From the NCBI GenBank assembly GCA_963665295.1, contig OY762209.1, positions 1,024,001 to 1,088,000 of the forward strand: 64,000 nucleotides of DNA. The letters run 5' to 3'. Below the pieces are notes generated by a model. The model was not told the DNA's origin. It was given only the letters and a program-made list of their open reading frames with translations, and searched no databases. Origin of the DNA: Syntrophorhabdaceae bacterium. GTDB taxonomy: Bacteria; Desulfobacterota; Syntrophorhabdia; Syntrophorhabdales; Syntrophorhabdaceae. Every line of letters begins with the position of its first letter. Position 1 is the stretch's first letter. This document shows positions 10,219-19,900 of the stretch, piece after piece. Position numbers and translations under genes: made by a program.

Positions 10219-11058
10219 TTACGGCAGGACGGCAAACACCCGGGCCGGAAAACCGGACCCGTCTTTGGGCTTCGGGAAAGCCGCTATTACCAGGGCGCCC
10301 GCCTCCGGCACCTCGTTCAAGTTCGCCAGAAGCTCAATTTGATAGCGGTTCTGATTCAGTATGTAGGCTTCCCGCGAGTAGTCGTTCTTCGAAACGGCAA
10401 TGCCGGGATCGGTGTCGGTTGTCTCGTGGCCGGAAGCGGTAATCTTACGTTGTTCGTACAAATATCGCAACACATCCAGGCTCCAACCGGGGTAGTGGGC
10501 AATCCCGTCGGCATCCCTGTTCTGCATAGCTTCCATGCTCGGCCACCGCCTGCACCAGTCTGTGCGCATTGCGACAAAAGCTCCTTCCGGGATGGGGCCA
10601 TGCCGTTTCTCCCAATCCTTGATATCTTCCATGGTTATGGTGTAATCCGGGTTCCCCGCGACCTTCTCATGAACATCGATTACCACTAAAGGAAGGATCA
10701 TCTCTTTTACGCTGATCTGGTCCACGGTTCGCAAACCCTTCACGAAGTGAGCGGGAGGGTCTACATGGGTTCCCCACTGGCCGACGTGAGTGAAGGATTG
10801 TGCATAAAAGCCGTTTCCCAATCGTCCGACGCCCGGTTCATACCAGTAGAGGGTCTCCCGTTTCTCGTCAGGAAAGCCCTTCCAATGGGGAACCCCGGGT
10901 GAGAAGGCATGGGTGAGATCGACGAACCTCTTTGTCTTTATCACTCGCCAGGCATCTTCGAGAGTGAGTTTTTCCGAGGCCGGGCAAAAGGATGCGAATG
11001 CGAACATCACACAGGCCATCACCAGCAACAGTGCCGTAGCGGTCCTGCCTAATTTCAT
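10219..11058 (-). CDS. Cyclase family (kynurenine formamidase-like) metal hydrolase with signal peptide
   Basis: VDLTH, GTHVDPPAHF, RTDW, HYPGWS, ETTDTD, ELLANL, GSGFPARVFA; GGAGGG RBS before ATG 11058. Confidence 0.88.
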   Translation of the reverse strand: MKLGRTATALLLVMACVMFAFASFCPASEKLTLEDAWRVIKTKRFVDLTHAFSPGVPHWKGFPDEKRETLYWYEPGVGRLGNGFYAQSFTHVGQWGTHVDPPAHFVKGLRTVDQISVKEMILPLVVIDVHEKVAGNPDYTITMEDIKDWEKRHGPIPEGAFVAMRTDWCRRWPSMEAMQNRDADGIAHYPGWSLDVLRYLYEQRKITASGHETTDTDPGIAVSKNDYSREAYILNQNRYQIELLANLNEVPEAGALVIAAFPKPKDGSGFPARVFAVLP

Positions 11059-11495
11059 AAGTCTACCCTCCATGTTTCATGTGTAGCCGCCAAGCTTGTT
11101 TGAATTTCAATTTAGCACAAATTATTGCTTTCAAAAAGGTAAATGCGCCGGATCGGACGTCCCCCTCGCGCACAGGGGGCCTGTTTCCGGGCCGGCGGGG
11201 CATCTCGAAGGCTAGAGAGGAATCCCGGGACATCCGGGTGAACGGATTGCGTTGACGGTCCCCCTGGAACCGGGAATCAGCCGGAGACCATGAACCCATC
11301 CTGGGAGCGGCGGCGGTAATTGCAGGAAGGTGTCCGGATCCTTCACTTGCGCAGGAAGGCCACCCTATACGATAAACAAAGCAGAAATAGACGGATAAGA
11401 AGGATGTATAGTTCGCAACGCCCTGAAACAGAATTTCGGTGCTTCATCTGCTGTCATTCTCGGATCAGAATTGTCCTGCCGTGGAGCCTGCCCCG

Positions 11496-11921
11496 CTATT
11501 TCCCGAGAACGACCAGGTTCACGTGGTCCGGGCTACCGGCCTGGAAGCGAACCATCACGTGTTGTGCCGGCACATTATACACTTCCGTGGCATTGGCCCC
11601 GGTCGGGGAGCCGGGGTCAAGGGTGAATTCACCGAGGGTCCCCAGGCAATTCCCTTTTGAATCCGACGACAGCACCTGCACCTTTATGATGCCTGAGCCC
11701 GAGCTCACGGAGGCGTCGAGCTTTATTTGTGTGTAAGTCTTTACGTTAAGCGGACCTACCGACAGCTGGTAGACGCCGCGTACAGGAATCAACGGTTTGT
11801 CGAGTTCCTTACAGAGAGGAGATGTGGCGGAAGACAGGGAAGGAATGCCGGCCAGAAGGCCCAGGACAAGGAGCAGGAACAGGGCAGGCGATCCAGGTTT
11901 CCTATCGATTCTTCTTTTGAT
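11496..11921 (-). CDS. Hypothetical secreted protein (about 141 aa), start codon uncertain (ATC?)
   Basis: Frame stays open 5' of the TTG at 11792 through a signal-peptide-like 'IKRRIDRKPGSPALFLLLVLGLLAGIPSLSSA'; GAAGGGGG lies 7 nt before ATC 11921. Confidence 0.5.
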   Translation of the reverse strand: MKRRIDRKPGSPALFLLLVLGLLAGIPSLSSATSPLCKELDKPLIPVRGVYQLSVGPLNVKTYTQIKLDASVSSGSGIIKVQVLSSDSKGNCLGTLGEFTLDPGSPTGANATEVYNVPAQHVMVRFQAGSPDHVNLVVLGK

Positions 11922-12188
11922 TTTCCATCCCCCTTCATCCCGGCATATTTCCGGGGCTCAGCCCCGAATGGGGTTATTGTAATCGGGAAAAACGAACATG
12001 ACAATGACATAGATCACACAATCGTCATCTTTTTCAATTTTGATCGGCGATTATGGCGGTTCAGTGAGGGCCGTGGGCAGGTTCCGGAAATACCCTGCGC
12101 GTGGATTTCTGAAAGGGGCGCCGGGGCCAGGGGTTCATCCCTGTCCGCGCGGCGCCGTGAAAAGCTTCCGGTCTGTATCGCTTCTTGT

Positions 12189-14669
12189 CTACTTCCCCTT
12201 GCCCGAGAGCTTCACTGTCGTCGGGGTAGCCGAGGCATTCGAGCCGATGGTGAAACTGCTCGATTTCGTTCCTGCCGTGGCGGGGTCAAAGGTCACGTTT
12301 ATGGTGCACGTGGCGTTCTGGGCAATGCTTCCGCTCGTGCAGCCGCTCGCGTCCACGGTGAAGGACGCGTCGGCGGGTGTCGATACGGGCCCCACGGTAA
12401 GGGCGGACAATCCCGTGTTCTTGATCTTGATGGGCTTCGTTGACGTGTCGTCTGTAGTGACCGTGCCGAAGTTAATGCTGGTGGGCGACACGGACATCTT
12501 GGGCGCAACGGCGGTGGCCGTGAGGCTCACAGAAACGGTCGGGTGCACCGGGTCGTTGGAGGCGATCTGAAGGGTTCCCGTTCTCTTGCCGTATGATGAG
12601 GCGAGGATGCTCACCGTGACCTGGCAGGTCTCGTTCTTGTCCATGCCGGAGGTGCAGTTGTTCGAAGCAATGAACTCCGTGGATCCCGTGATGGTCGTGG
12701 CGGTCACCCAGAGCTGGCCGACCCCGGTATTCTTTATGATCACTGTCTTGGTGGCGGAGGTGACGCCCTTCTTCACGTTGCCCAGGTTAATGCTCTTGGC
12801 GTTTACCGAGATGGATGGCGGCTTGTTGAAGGCGGCCGCCACGGTTGTGGTGCCGTTTATGACCACCGTGCAGGTCGTGCCCGAGGTAGACGTGCAACCC
12901 GACCAGTTATCAAAGGCGTATCCCTTACCCGCAACTGCGGTAAGCGTGACGGTGGCCCCTGCCGTGAACGAGGCGGAGCAGGTAGAGCCGCAATTTATGC
13001 CTGAGGGCGAGCTCGTCACCGTGCCCGTGCCTGTGCCTGTGGGGGTGACCGTCAATTTGTACGTTGAGGGTGCCGCGGTGGGGCAGAACGTGACATCATA
13101 GCCGAAGGCTCCCCCTGCATCGCCGAGGCAGGTCAGCAGGACTTTGTCGTCATAGGGGAAGCTGTACGCGGTGGGGCACGAGTTGTGGAAGAGCGCGGCA
13201 AAGGGCTCAGCCACGGCCGCCCATGTGGGGTTCACCGCCTGGCACTCGCCGTCCGCCTGTTGCCAGGAAGAGCAGCCGCAGCACCACGTCGCGCTGGTTC
13301 CGTAGGACCCTGTCCCCTTGCAGGACGTATGGTTTATGCCGTTACACGCATAGAGGCTCCAGGAACTCGGCTGGCATGTATTGATGGTGGGCGAGTTGGG
13401 GGTAAGGTCACACGCCTGAGGCTGTCCGTAGAGCGCCCCGAGGGGGCCCAGGCAGTCGTAGTTCCCCCGGGTGGGGTCGCACGGACCGCTCCCGTCCGAG
13501 CACTGCTTGGTTATTCCGTTGCATGTGGCCGTGCTCGGCGCGCAGTCGGCGTTCGTCGTACAGGGAAGGGCCTGGCACGTGTTGGTCTGAGGGTTGCAGT
13601 TCATCACGCAGAGCGCTTCGGTGTTGATGATCTGGCAGGTGGTGCCGGTGGGACAGGTATAATTGGGGTAGTCGCCGCAGAGATTCGCCCCTAAGACGGG
13701 GCAATCCGAATTCTGGGTGCAGGAGATCACGCCCATGCTGTGGGCCTTGTTACAGTCTATGGAGCTGCCCACGGCGCAGGTCCCCGATACGCAACTCCCG
13801 CTGCAGCAATCCGAATTCGCGGTACACGTCGGGTCGCCGCCGCTTTTGCAGTTCGGATTGCGGCTGCAATAATCCTGAGGGGCAAGACATCCTACCACGA
13901 CGGAGTTCGAAAGTATCTGGAGCTCGGGAGGACACTTGGAATTGGCGTCCCATACACACGGGGCAGGGCAGTTCGGTCCGGCCTGGACACATCCGAGATT
14001 ATTGCACGGAGCAGGAGTAGTGTTCGGTATGACGGCGATCTCCAGGGGGATGCCCGGCCCGTCCACGGTGCTCAGGTCGTAGTTGTCCACGGACGTTCCC
14101 GCAACGCCGGGCTGAAACTCGTTCAGGGTAGAGGGCGTGCTCCCCCCGGACTGACAGTTGAGCAGGCCGTTGCAGTCGCCAAGGTCGCAGGCGCTCGGGA
14201 GGAGACAGTAGCCGTTCGTGCACTGGGCGCTGTTATCGCCGATAAAGGGGATACAGTCGGTGTTAAACTGGCATCCCTGCTTCACGCAGACCCCCTGATA
14301 GCAGACGGGGTTTACCCCCTGATAGGGCGAGCAGTCGGCGCTGGTCGTGCAAGTTGGATAGTGGACGCTGGAACTGTCAAAGGCGCAGCCCGTCCGGGCC
14401 CAGAACCTGCCGCTGTTCCATGCCGCCTCGGGTATGCACATGGTCTGGGTGGTCCCCGAGTTCACCCTCCAGTTCCAGCTCGGGACCGGGGTCGGGTCCA
14501 GGATCGAGTGACCGCCCACCCATACGGTGAAGCCACAGTTATTGATAAAGTTGAAGGTGCGCTGCCCCGACACGCAGGTGTCGGCGTTGGACTGAGGCAC
14601 AAAGAGAAACGTGCACAAGATGAGGATCAGGAACATGGTGGCTGCTGCTGCATACGCTCGCTTAATCAT
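12189..14669 (-). CDS. Secreted thaumatin-domain protein with Cys-rich insertions, InlB-B-like repeat and two Ig-like (choice-of-anchor D/ASH-type) domains
   Basis: FINNCGFTVWVG, SGRFWARTGC, CDLGDC, TLNEF, YDLSTVDG, CPPELQ, CPTAYSFPYDD, YDVTFCP; C-terminal 'INLGNV..IKNTG' and 'INFGTV..IKNTG..CTINVTFDP'; GGAGG RBS. Confidence 0.85.
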   Translation of the reverse strand: MIKRAYAAAATMFLILILCTFLFVPQSNADTCVSGQRTFNFINNCGFTVWVGGHSILDPTPVPSWNWRVNSGTTQTMCIPEAAWNSGRFWARTGCAFDSSSVHYPTCTTSADCSPYQGVNPVCYQGVCVKQGCQFNTDCIPFIGDNSAQCTNGYCLLPSACDLGDCNGLLNCQSGGSTPSTLNEFQPGVAGTSVDNYDLSTVDGPGIPLEIAVIPNTTPAPCNNLGCVQAGPNCPAPCVWDANSKCPPELQILSNSVVVGCLAPQDYCSRNPNCKSGGDPTCTANSDCCSGSCVSGTCAVGSSIDCNKAHSMGVISCTQNSDCPVLGANLCGDYPNYTCPTGTTCQIINTEALCVMNCNPQTNTCQALPCTTNADCAPSTATCNGITKQCSDGSGPCDPTRGNYDCLGPLGALYGQPQACDLTPNSPTINTCQPSSWSLYACNGINHTSCKGTGSYGTSATWCCGCSSWQQADGECQAVNPTWAAVAEPFAALFHNSCPTAYSFPYDDKVLLTCLGDAGGAFGYDVTFCPTAAPSTYKLTVTPTGTGTGTVTSSPSGINCGSTCSASFTAGATVTLTAVAGKGYAFDNWSGCTSTSGTTCTVVINGTTTVAAAFNKPPSISVNAKSINLGNVKKGVTSATKTVIIKNTGVGQLWVTATTITGSTEFIASNNCTSGMDKNETCQVTVSILASSYGKRTGTLQIASNDPVHPTVSVSLTATAVAPKMSVSPTSINFGTVTTDDTSTKPIKIKNTGLSALTVGPVSTPADASFTVDASGCTSGSIAQNATCTINVTFDPATAGTKSSSFTIGSNASATPTTVKLSGKGK

Positions 14670-15225
14670 AATACCTCCGTGATGGATTAGTTGGTCGTGC
14701 TCCGGTTCGGGACCGGCCTCTCCCGGACGTACCCCAAAAGATGCGTGCAGGCGGTCTTTTCGTTACAGGGAGCAAAGTGTGCATGGGTGATCCCGGGCTT
14801 TTCAGGAAGGGGGCGGCGAAGACTGAGGTTTTCTTATTGTGAAGGCAACGCGGTCCCGTCCGGCGCAGAGGATTTCCACGCTGCTTCGGGTCTTGGGCTT
14901 CGGCGCCCGGGAGAGGGATTCTCCCGGCCCCAACCGGAAGCATAAACACCTCCTGATATGCGAGAAAAACGCTGCCCTGTTAGCGGTTGAGGCCCTTCAC
15001 GGTCTCTATGGCATCTTGCGCGTCACCAAAGAAGAAACGTGTGCAGGAATAGCGTGTCCCAATTGTCCTACTAATAAATGGGAATGTAAAGAGGGTCGTG
15101 AAAAAAAAAGGACAACCGGAAATCCGGTTTCTCTCTCCCTGGAATGTGGCCGACGCGGGCTTTGTTTGCTTCTGGCCCATGGGCTGAAAATATACTATAC
15201 TATTTTTTTTCACCAAGGAGGTACT

Positions 15226-15780
15226 ATGCATAGGGAGAGCCCGAAGAACATGATCAATCGTGATGACTGCCTTCTGGTCATCATCGACGCCCAGGAAAAA
15301 TTGACGCCCGCCTTGACGGAACCTGACGGGATGACCGCCAATATCGTCCGCCTCGCGCGGTTTGCCGGGATTGCGGGGATTCCCGTGATCGTCACCGAAC
15401 AGGAGAAGCTCGGCCCTACCGTCGCCTCCGTCAGGGACGCCCTGCCTTCCGCCGACCCCGTGAAGAAGGTCCACTTCAACTGCTTCTCGTGCCACGACTT
15501 CAGGGACCGGGTCCATGCCATGGGGCGGAAAACCCTTATCCTTACCGGCGCGGAGGCCCACATCTGCGTGACCCAGACGGCGCTTCACGCCCGGCCGGAA
15601 TACGACGTCCACGTGGTGGCCGACGCCATATCCTCCCGCGCGCCGGAGAACAAGCGGATCGCCCTTCAGAGAATGGCGAGCGTCGGTTCCGTGATAACCT
15701 CTACGGAGATGTTCATCTACGAGATACTCGAACGGGCCGGCACGGATGAGTTCAAGGCCACCCTTGCCCTCGTCAAGTAG
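15226..15780 (+). CDS. Isochorismatase family hydrolase (YcaC-like)
   Basis: LLVIIDAQEKL, VTEQ..LGPT, K..FNC, GAEAHICVTQTA, DAISSR; AAGGAGG RBS before ATG 15226. Confidence 0.9.
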   Translation: MHRESPKNMINRDDCLLVIIDAQEKLTPALTEPDGMTANIVRLARFAGIAGIPVIVTEQEKLGPTVASVRDALPSADPVKKVHFNCFSCHDFRDRVHAMGRKTLILTGAEAHICVTQTALHARPEYDVHVVADAISSRAPENKRIALQRMASVGSVITSTEMFIYEILERAGTDEFKATLALVK

Positions 15781-15786
15781 GAGTGC

Positions 15787-16938
15787 GTGGAGAAACCGCG
15801 GTTCATCACCCTGTTTCTTGCCTTCCTGAGGCTCGGAACCACCGCCTTCGGCGGTCCCGCCATGGTGGTCTACATTAAAGACCTTGCCGTCAGGCGCGAG
15901 GCGTGGCTCGACGAGCCGGTCTTCAACGACGGTGTTGCCCTGTGCCAGTCCATACCGGGCGCCACGGCCATGCAGATGGCGGCATACGTGGGACTGAGGT
16001 CAAGGGGAATTCCCGGGGCGCTCCTCTCGTACGTGGGCTTCGGTCTGCCCGCCTTTATCTTCATGGTGACCCTCTCATCCCTCTACCTCCGCTATCACCA
16101 TCTTGCCGAGGTCGTCTCCCTTTTCGCCGTGCTTCAGGTTATCGTCGTAGCCCTCATCGCGAACGCAACCCTTCTGCTCGGCAGGGGCCTGGCGACAAAA
16201 CCCTTCAATGTAGCCATCGCCCTTCTCTCCGCGCTTCTTTTCGGCCTGGGCGTAAGCCCTTTCCTCGTGATCCTCTGCGGCGGCGTCCTGGGCGGTCTGG
16301 TCCTCAGACACAGGAAGGCCCCGGAGGCGGGGAAATCCCGGGGGGAATTGTTTCACGGGAAACCGGTTTTTATCATCCTTTTCTTCATCCTCGCGGGCCT
16401 CGCCGGGGCGTACCTCCTCGACACGGTGTTTTTCCGGCTTGCCCTCACCATGCTCAAGATCGATTGCTTCGCCTTTGGCGGCGGGTTCGCGGCGCTCCCC
16501 CTCATGCTCCACGAAGTCGTCAACGTAAGGGGCTGGATGGCGAGCACCACCTTCATGGACGGCATAGCCCTCGGTCAGGTTACCCCGGGCCCCATAGTCA
16601 TAACCGCCGCCTTTGTGGGATATATGGTGAAGGGGCTTGCGGGCGCACTGGTTGCCACGTGCGCGGTTTTCGCACCTTCTTTTCTGGCACTCATCATTTC
16701 CGCTCCCCTTTTCGACCGGCTCAAGGGTTCGTCTCTGTTCCTGAGCGCGACAAAGGGTGTTTTTGCCGGCTTTCTCGGACTTCTGCTTTATATGACCATA
16801 AAATTCGCCATTCTCGTCCCGTGGGACCTCGTGCGCATCGCCGTGGGCGCTCTCGCTTTTATCGCCCTTATAAGGAAGGTAGACACCTTTTATATCGTGC
16901 TTGCCGGGGCATTGCTCTCTCTCGTCATATTCAGGTAG
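15787..16938 (+). CDS. chrA: Chromate efflux transporter, long form
   Basis: Two repeats: AFGGP...QSIPG and AFGGG...GQVTPGP; very hydrophobic. Confidence 0.92.
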   Translation: MEKPRFITLFLAFLRLGTTAFGGPAMVVYIKDLAVRREAWLDEPVFNDGVALCQSIPGATAMQMAAYVGLRSRGIPGALLSYVGFGLPAFIFMVTLSSLYLRYHHLAEVVSLFAVLQVIVVALIANATLLLGRGLATKPFNVAIALLSALLFGLGVSPFLVILCGGVLGGLVLRHRKAPEAGKSRGELFHGKPVFIILFFILAGLAGAYLLDTVFFRLALTMLKIDCFAFGGGFAALPLMLHEVVNVRGWMASTTFMDGIALGQVTPGPIVITAAFVGYMVKGLAGALVATCAVFAPSFLALIISAPLFDRLKGSSLFLSATKGVFAGFLGLLLYMTIKFAILVPWDLVRIAVGALAFIALIRKVDTFYIVLAGALLSLVIFR

Positions 16939-16966
16939 AAACCGGGGTTGCCGCCCCGCCGGGACC

Positions 16967-19900
16967 TTAACGATCGAGGACCTGCCTTACCTTCTTGAGT
17001 AATTCGATGGGGGTCACAGGCTTGGACAGAAAATCGAACCTCCTGTCTTCTATGCCCTTGTCGAGGATAATATCCTTTGTGTATCCGCTCATAAAGAAGA
17101 CCTTCACCTCGGGGTTTATGGTCGCTATCTCGTCGTAGGCGGCCCTCCCGTTCTTCCCCGGCATGACGGAGTCGAGGATGAGGAGGTCGATTACGCTCTT
17201 GTTGAGGCCGAACTTCTCCACTGCCTCGTTCCCGTCAGCCGCCTCGATCACGTTATATCCATACCTGGCGAGAACCTCTCTTATAAGCCGCCGCACCTCC
17301 TCGTTGTCCTCCGCGAGAAGGATGGTCTCTTTGCCATGGGCGATCTCCTCCGGGACGGGCAGTTCCACCGGGGCCGGGATGTCCACCACGGGGAAGTATA
17401 TGTGAAACGTGGTCCCCATGTTCGGCTCGCTGTACACGGTAATGTACCCGTCGTGCTGCGTAACGATGCCGTAAACAGTGGAAAGCCCGAGGCCCGTGCC
17501 TTTGCCCACCTCTTTCGTGGTGAAGAAGGGCTCGAAGACCCTGTTCCGCGTCTTTTTGTCCATGCCCACTCCCGTATCGGAAACCGAGAGGACGGCATAT
17601 TTCCCGGGCCTGTCGATCCCGTAAGTCCCCACGGATTCCCGGTCGAGGTCAATGGCCCTTGTCCTGATAGTCAGGGCGCCGCCCCGCGGCATGGCGTCCC
17701 GGGCGTTCGTGGCGAGATTGAAAAGGATCTGGTCCATCTGGGTGGTATCGGCCATTACGATAAGGTCTTCGTCGGAGAGCTCCGTCTTGAGCACCACGTC
17801 CTCGGTAAGCAGCCTCTTGAGGAGGCTCGTCGTTCCTCTCAGGACATCGTTTATGTTGACGGGGCTCAGGCTAAGGGGTTGCTGCCTGCTGAAGGCGAGG
17901 AGGCTCCCGGTAAGGCCTGCGGCCTTCTGGGAGGCGGACAGGATATGGGCAACGTAAGTCTGCAAAGGGTCCTCCTTGCCCATCTTCATCTGGAGCAAGG
18001 TCCCGTAACCCGTCATGGTGGTGAGGATATTATTGAAATCGTGGGCCACACCCCCTGCGAGCATTCCTATAGCCTCCATTTTCTGCGACTGGAGAAGCTG
18101 AAACTCGAGGCTTTTCTCCCTCGTAATGTCGATAACGGTTCCCGAGATGGCCGGCCGGCCGTTATAGGTTATGAAGCTCCCGAGTATCTTTAAGGTAATT
18201 ACCCTTCCGTCTTTTCTGATCGCTCTGTGCGAATACTCGATATTGGGCACTTCACCGGTGATGCGCTTTCTGATGTTATCTTCCACGAACTTCTTGTCTT
18301 CAGGATGGGTCAGATCAACGGGGCTTACCTTGTCCACAAGCTCCTCGAAGGCGTATCCGTAGATCTCGCAAAAACGCTTATTGAGGAAACGGAACAGGCG
18401 GTCCTGGATGATGTATACGCCGACGATGGAGTTTTCCACGACGGTACGGTATTTCTCCTCCGACTCCAGAAGGGCCTGCTCGGACCGCTTCTGGCTGGTC
18501 ACATCAACTGCGGTAAAGACCAGTCCCGCGGAAATGTCCTTCGGGTCGATGGCCGCCCCTCTCAGGTGTACATCCCTTGTTTCTCCGTTCTTGTGGACCC
18601 ACTTCGTGTCGGTAATACCCACGCCGCCCTTCCTGATCCCACCCCATACGGCCCTGCCGACGCGGGCATACTCCTCGTCCGAGGCATAGAAGAGCCGGGC
18701 GCCCTTCTCCTTCTGCTCCTGACTCGTGTAGCCCGTGATGGAGGTCATGCCCTCGTTCACCCATCCGGGCATCCTCTCTACGTTGGTAATGACGATGCCC
18801 ACCGGGGCGGCCGAGAAAACGGACCTCAGGGTGGCCTCGCTTCTTCTCAACGCCTGCTCCGCGTGTTTTCTCTCCGTAATGTCTTCCGCGGTGCCTTCGT
18901 AGCAGATAGTCTTCCCCTTCTCATCGGCAACCGCGTGGGCGTTCATGCTGATCCACATGGTGCTCCGGTCCTTTCGGTAGAGCTCTATCTCGAAATTCGA
19001 CACAAACCCGTTCTTCTCGTAAAGCTTCTTCAGCCTGATCCTGTCAACGGGATCGACGTACATCTGGCTCTCGATATCGGCGACGCTGTTCAACAGTTCC
19101 TCAGCCGAACCGTATCCGTACATCCTCGCAAGGGCGGGGTTCGCGCTCAGGAAACGTCCTTCCGGCGTGGATTGGAATATGCCCTCCACCGCGTTTTCGA
19201 AGATGTTGCGGTATTTTTCCTCGCTTTTCTTCAGCGCTTCCTCCGCGCGCTTGTGTTCGGTCACGTTCCTCAGGTACGCCAGGGTTGCGGGGGCCCGCCG
19301 GTATATGATGCTTGTCGCCGTCACCTCGATGTCGATGGGGGTCCCATCCCTCCTCCGCCCCCTGAAGGCGTATCCCTGAGGGTCCGAGTCGCCCCCCTGC
19401 CTCCGGGAGTCTATGTCCTTCACCCATGTCACGTCTTCAGCGCCCACCACCACGGAAAGGGGTATTCCTGTAATCTCCGCAGGGCTGCCGTATCCGAACA
19501 TTTCGACAAACCTCCGGTTTACGTAGAGCGGCTCTTCTCCCTTCAGCAGCACAATCCCATCGTTCGAACTTTCTATGGCGACCCGGTAACGTTCCTCGCT
19601 TTCCTTGAGGGCACGCTCCGTCCTCCTGCGCTCCGTAACGTCCTCCAGGGTACCCTCGTAGCGGACCACCCTTCCGCCAGGGGTCCGGACAGCCCGGGCA
19701 TTCACCCGGGCCCAGAAGATGCTCCCGTTCTTTCGCTGGAACCGGACCTCGAAGGTCCTCGCAAGGTCCTCCTCGAGAAGAAGCTTCTCGAAGACCTCCC
19801 GGTCTTCTTTCTCCACATAAAGCTGGGACGGAATATCGGTGATGGTGGAAACCATGTCTTCCGGAGAGGCGTATCCCGCCATTTGGGCGAAGGCGGCGTT

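Noticed and set aside
11140..11450. RNase P or 6S RNA-like fragments (GAGGAATCCCGGG; ACAGAATTTCGG; ACCATGAACC..GCGGCGGC)
   Set aside because: Only short partial matches; the conserved core helices could not be built by eye. An Rfam cmscan would settle it
14840..14930. c-di-GMP-I riboswitch upstream of the thaumatin gene
   Set aside because: Hairpins and a GTTGCC end are present, but the GGCAAA 5' strand, GAAA tetraloop and GCAAAG junction are missing
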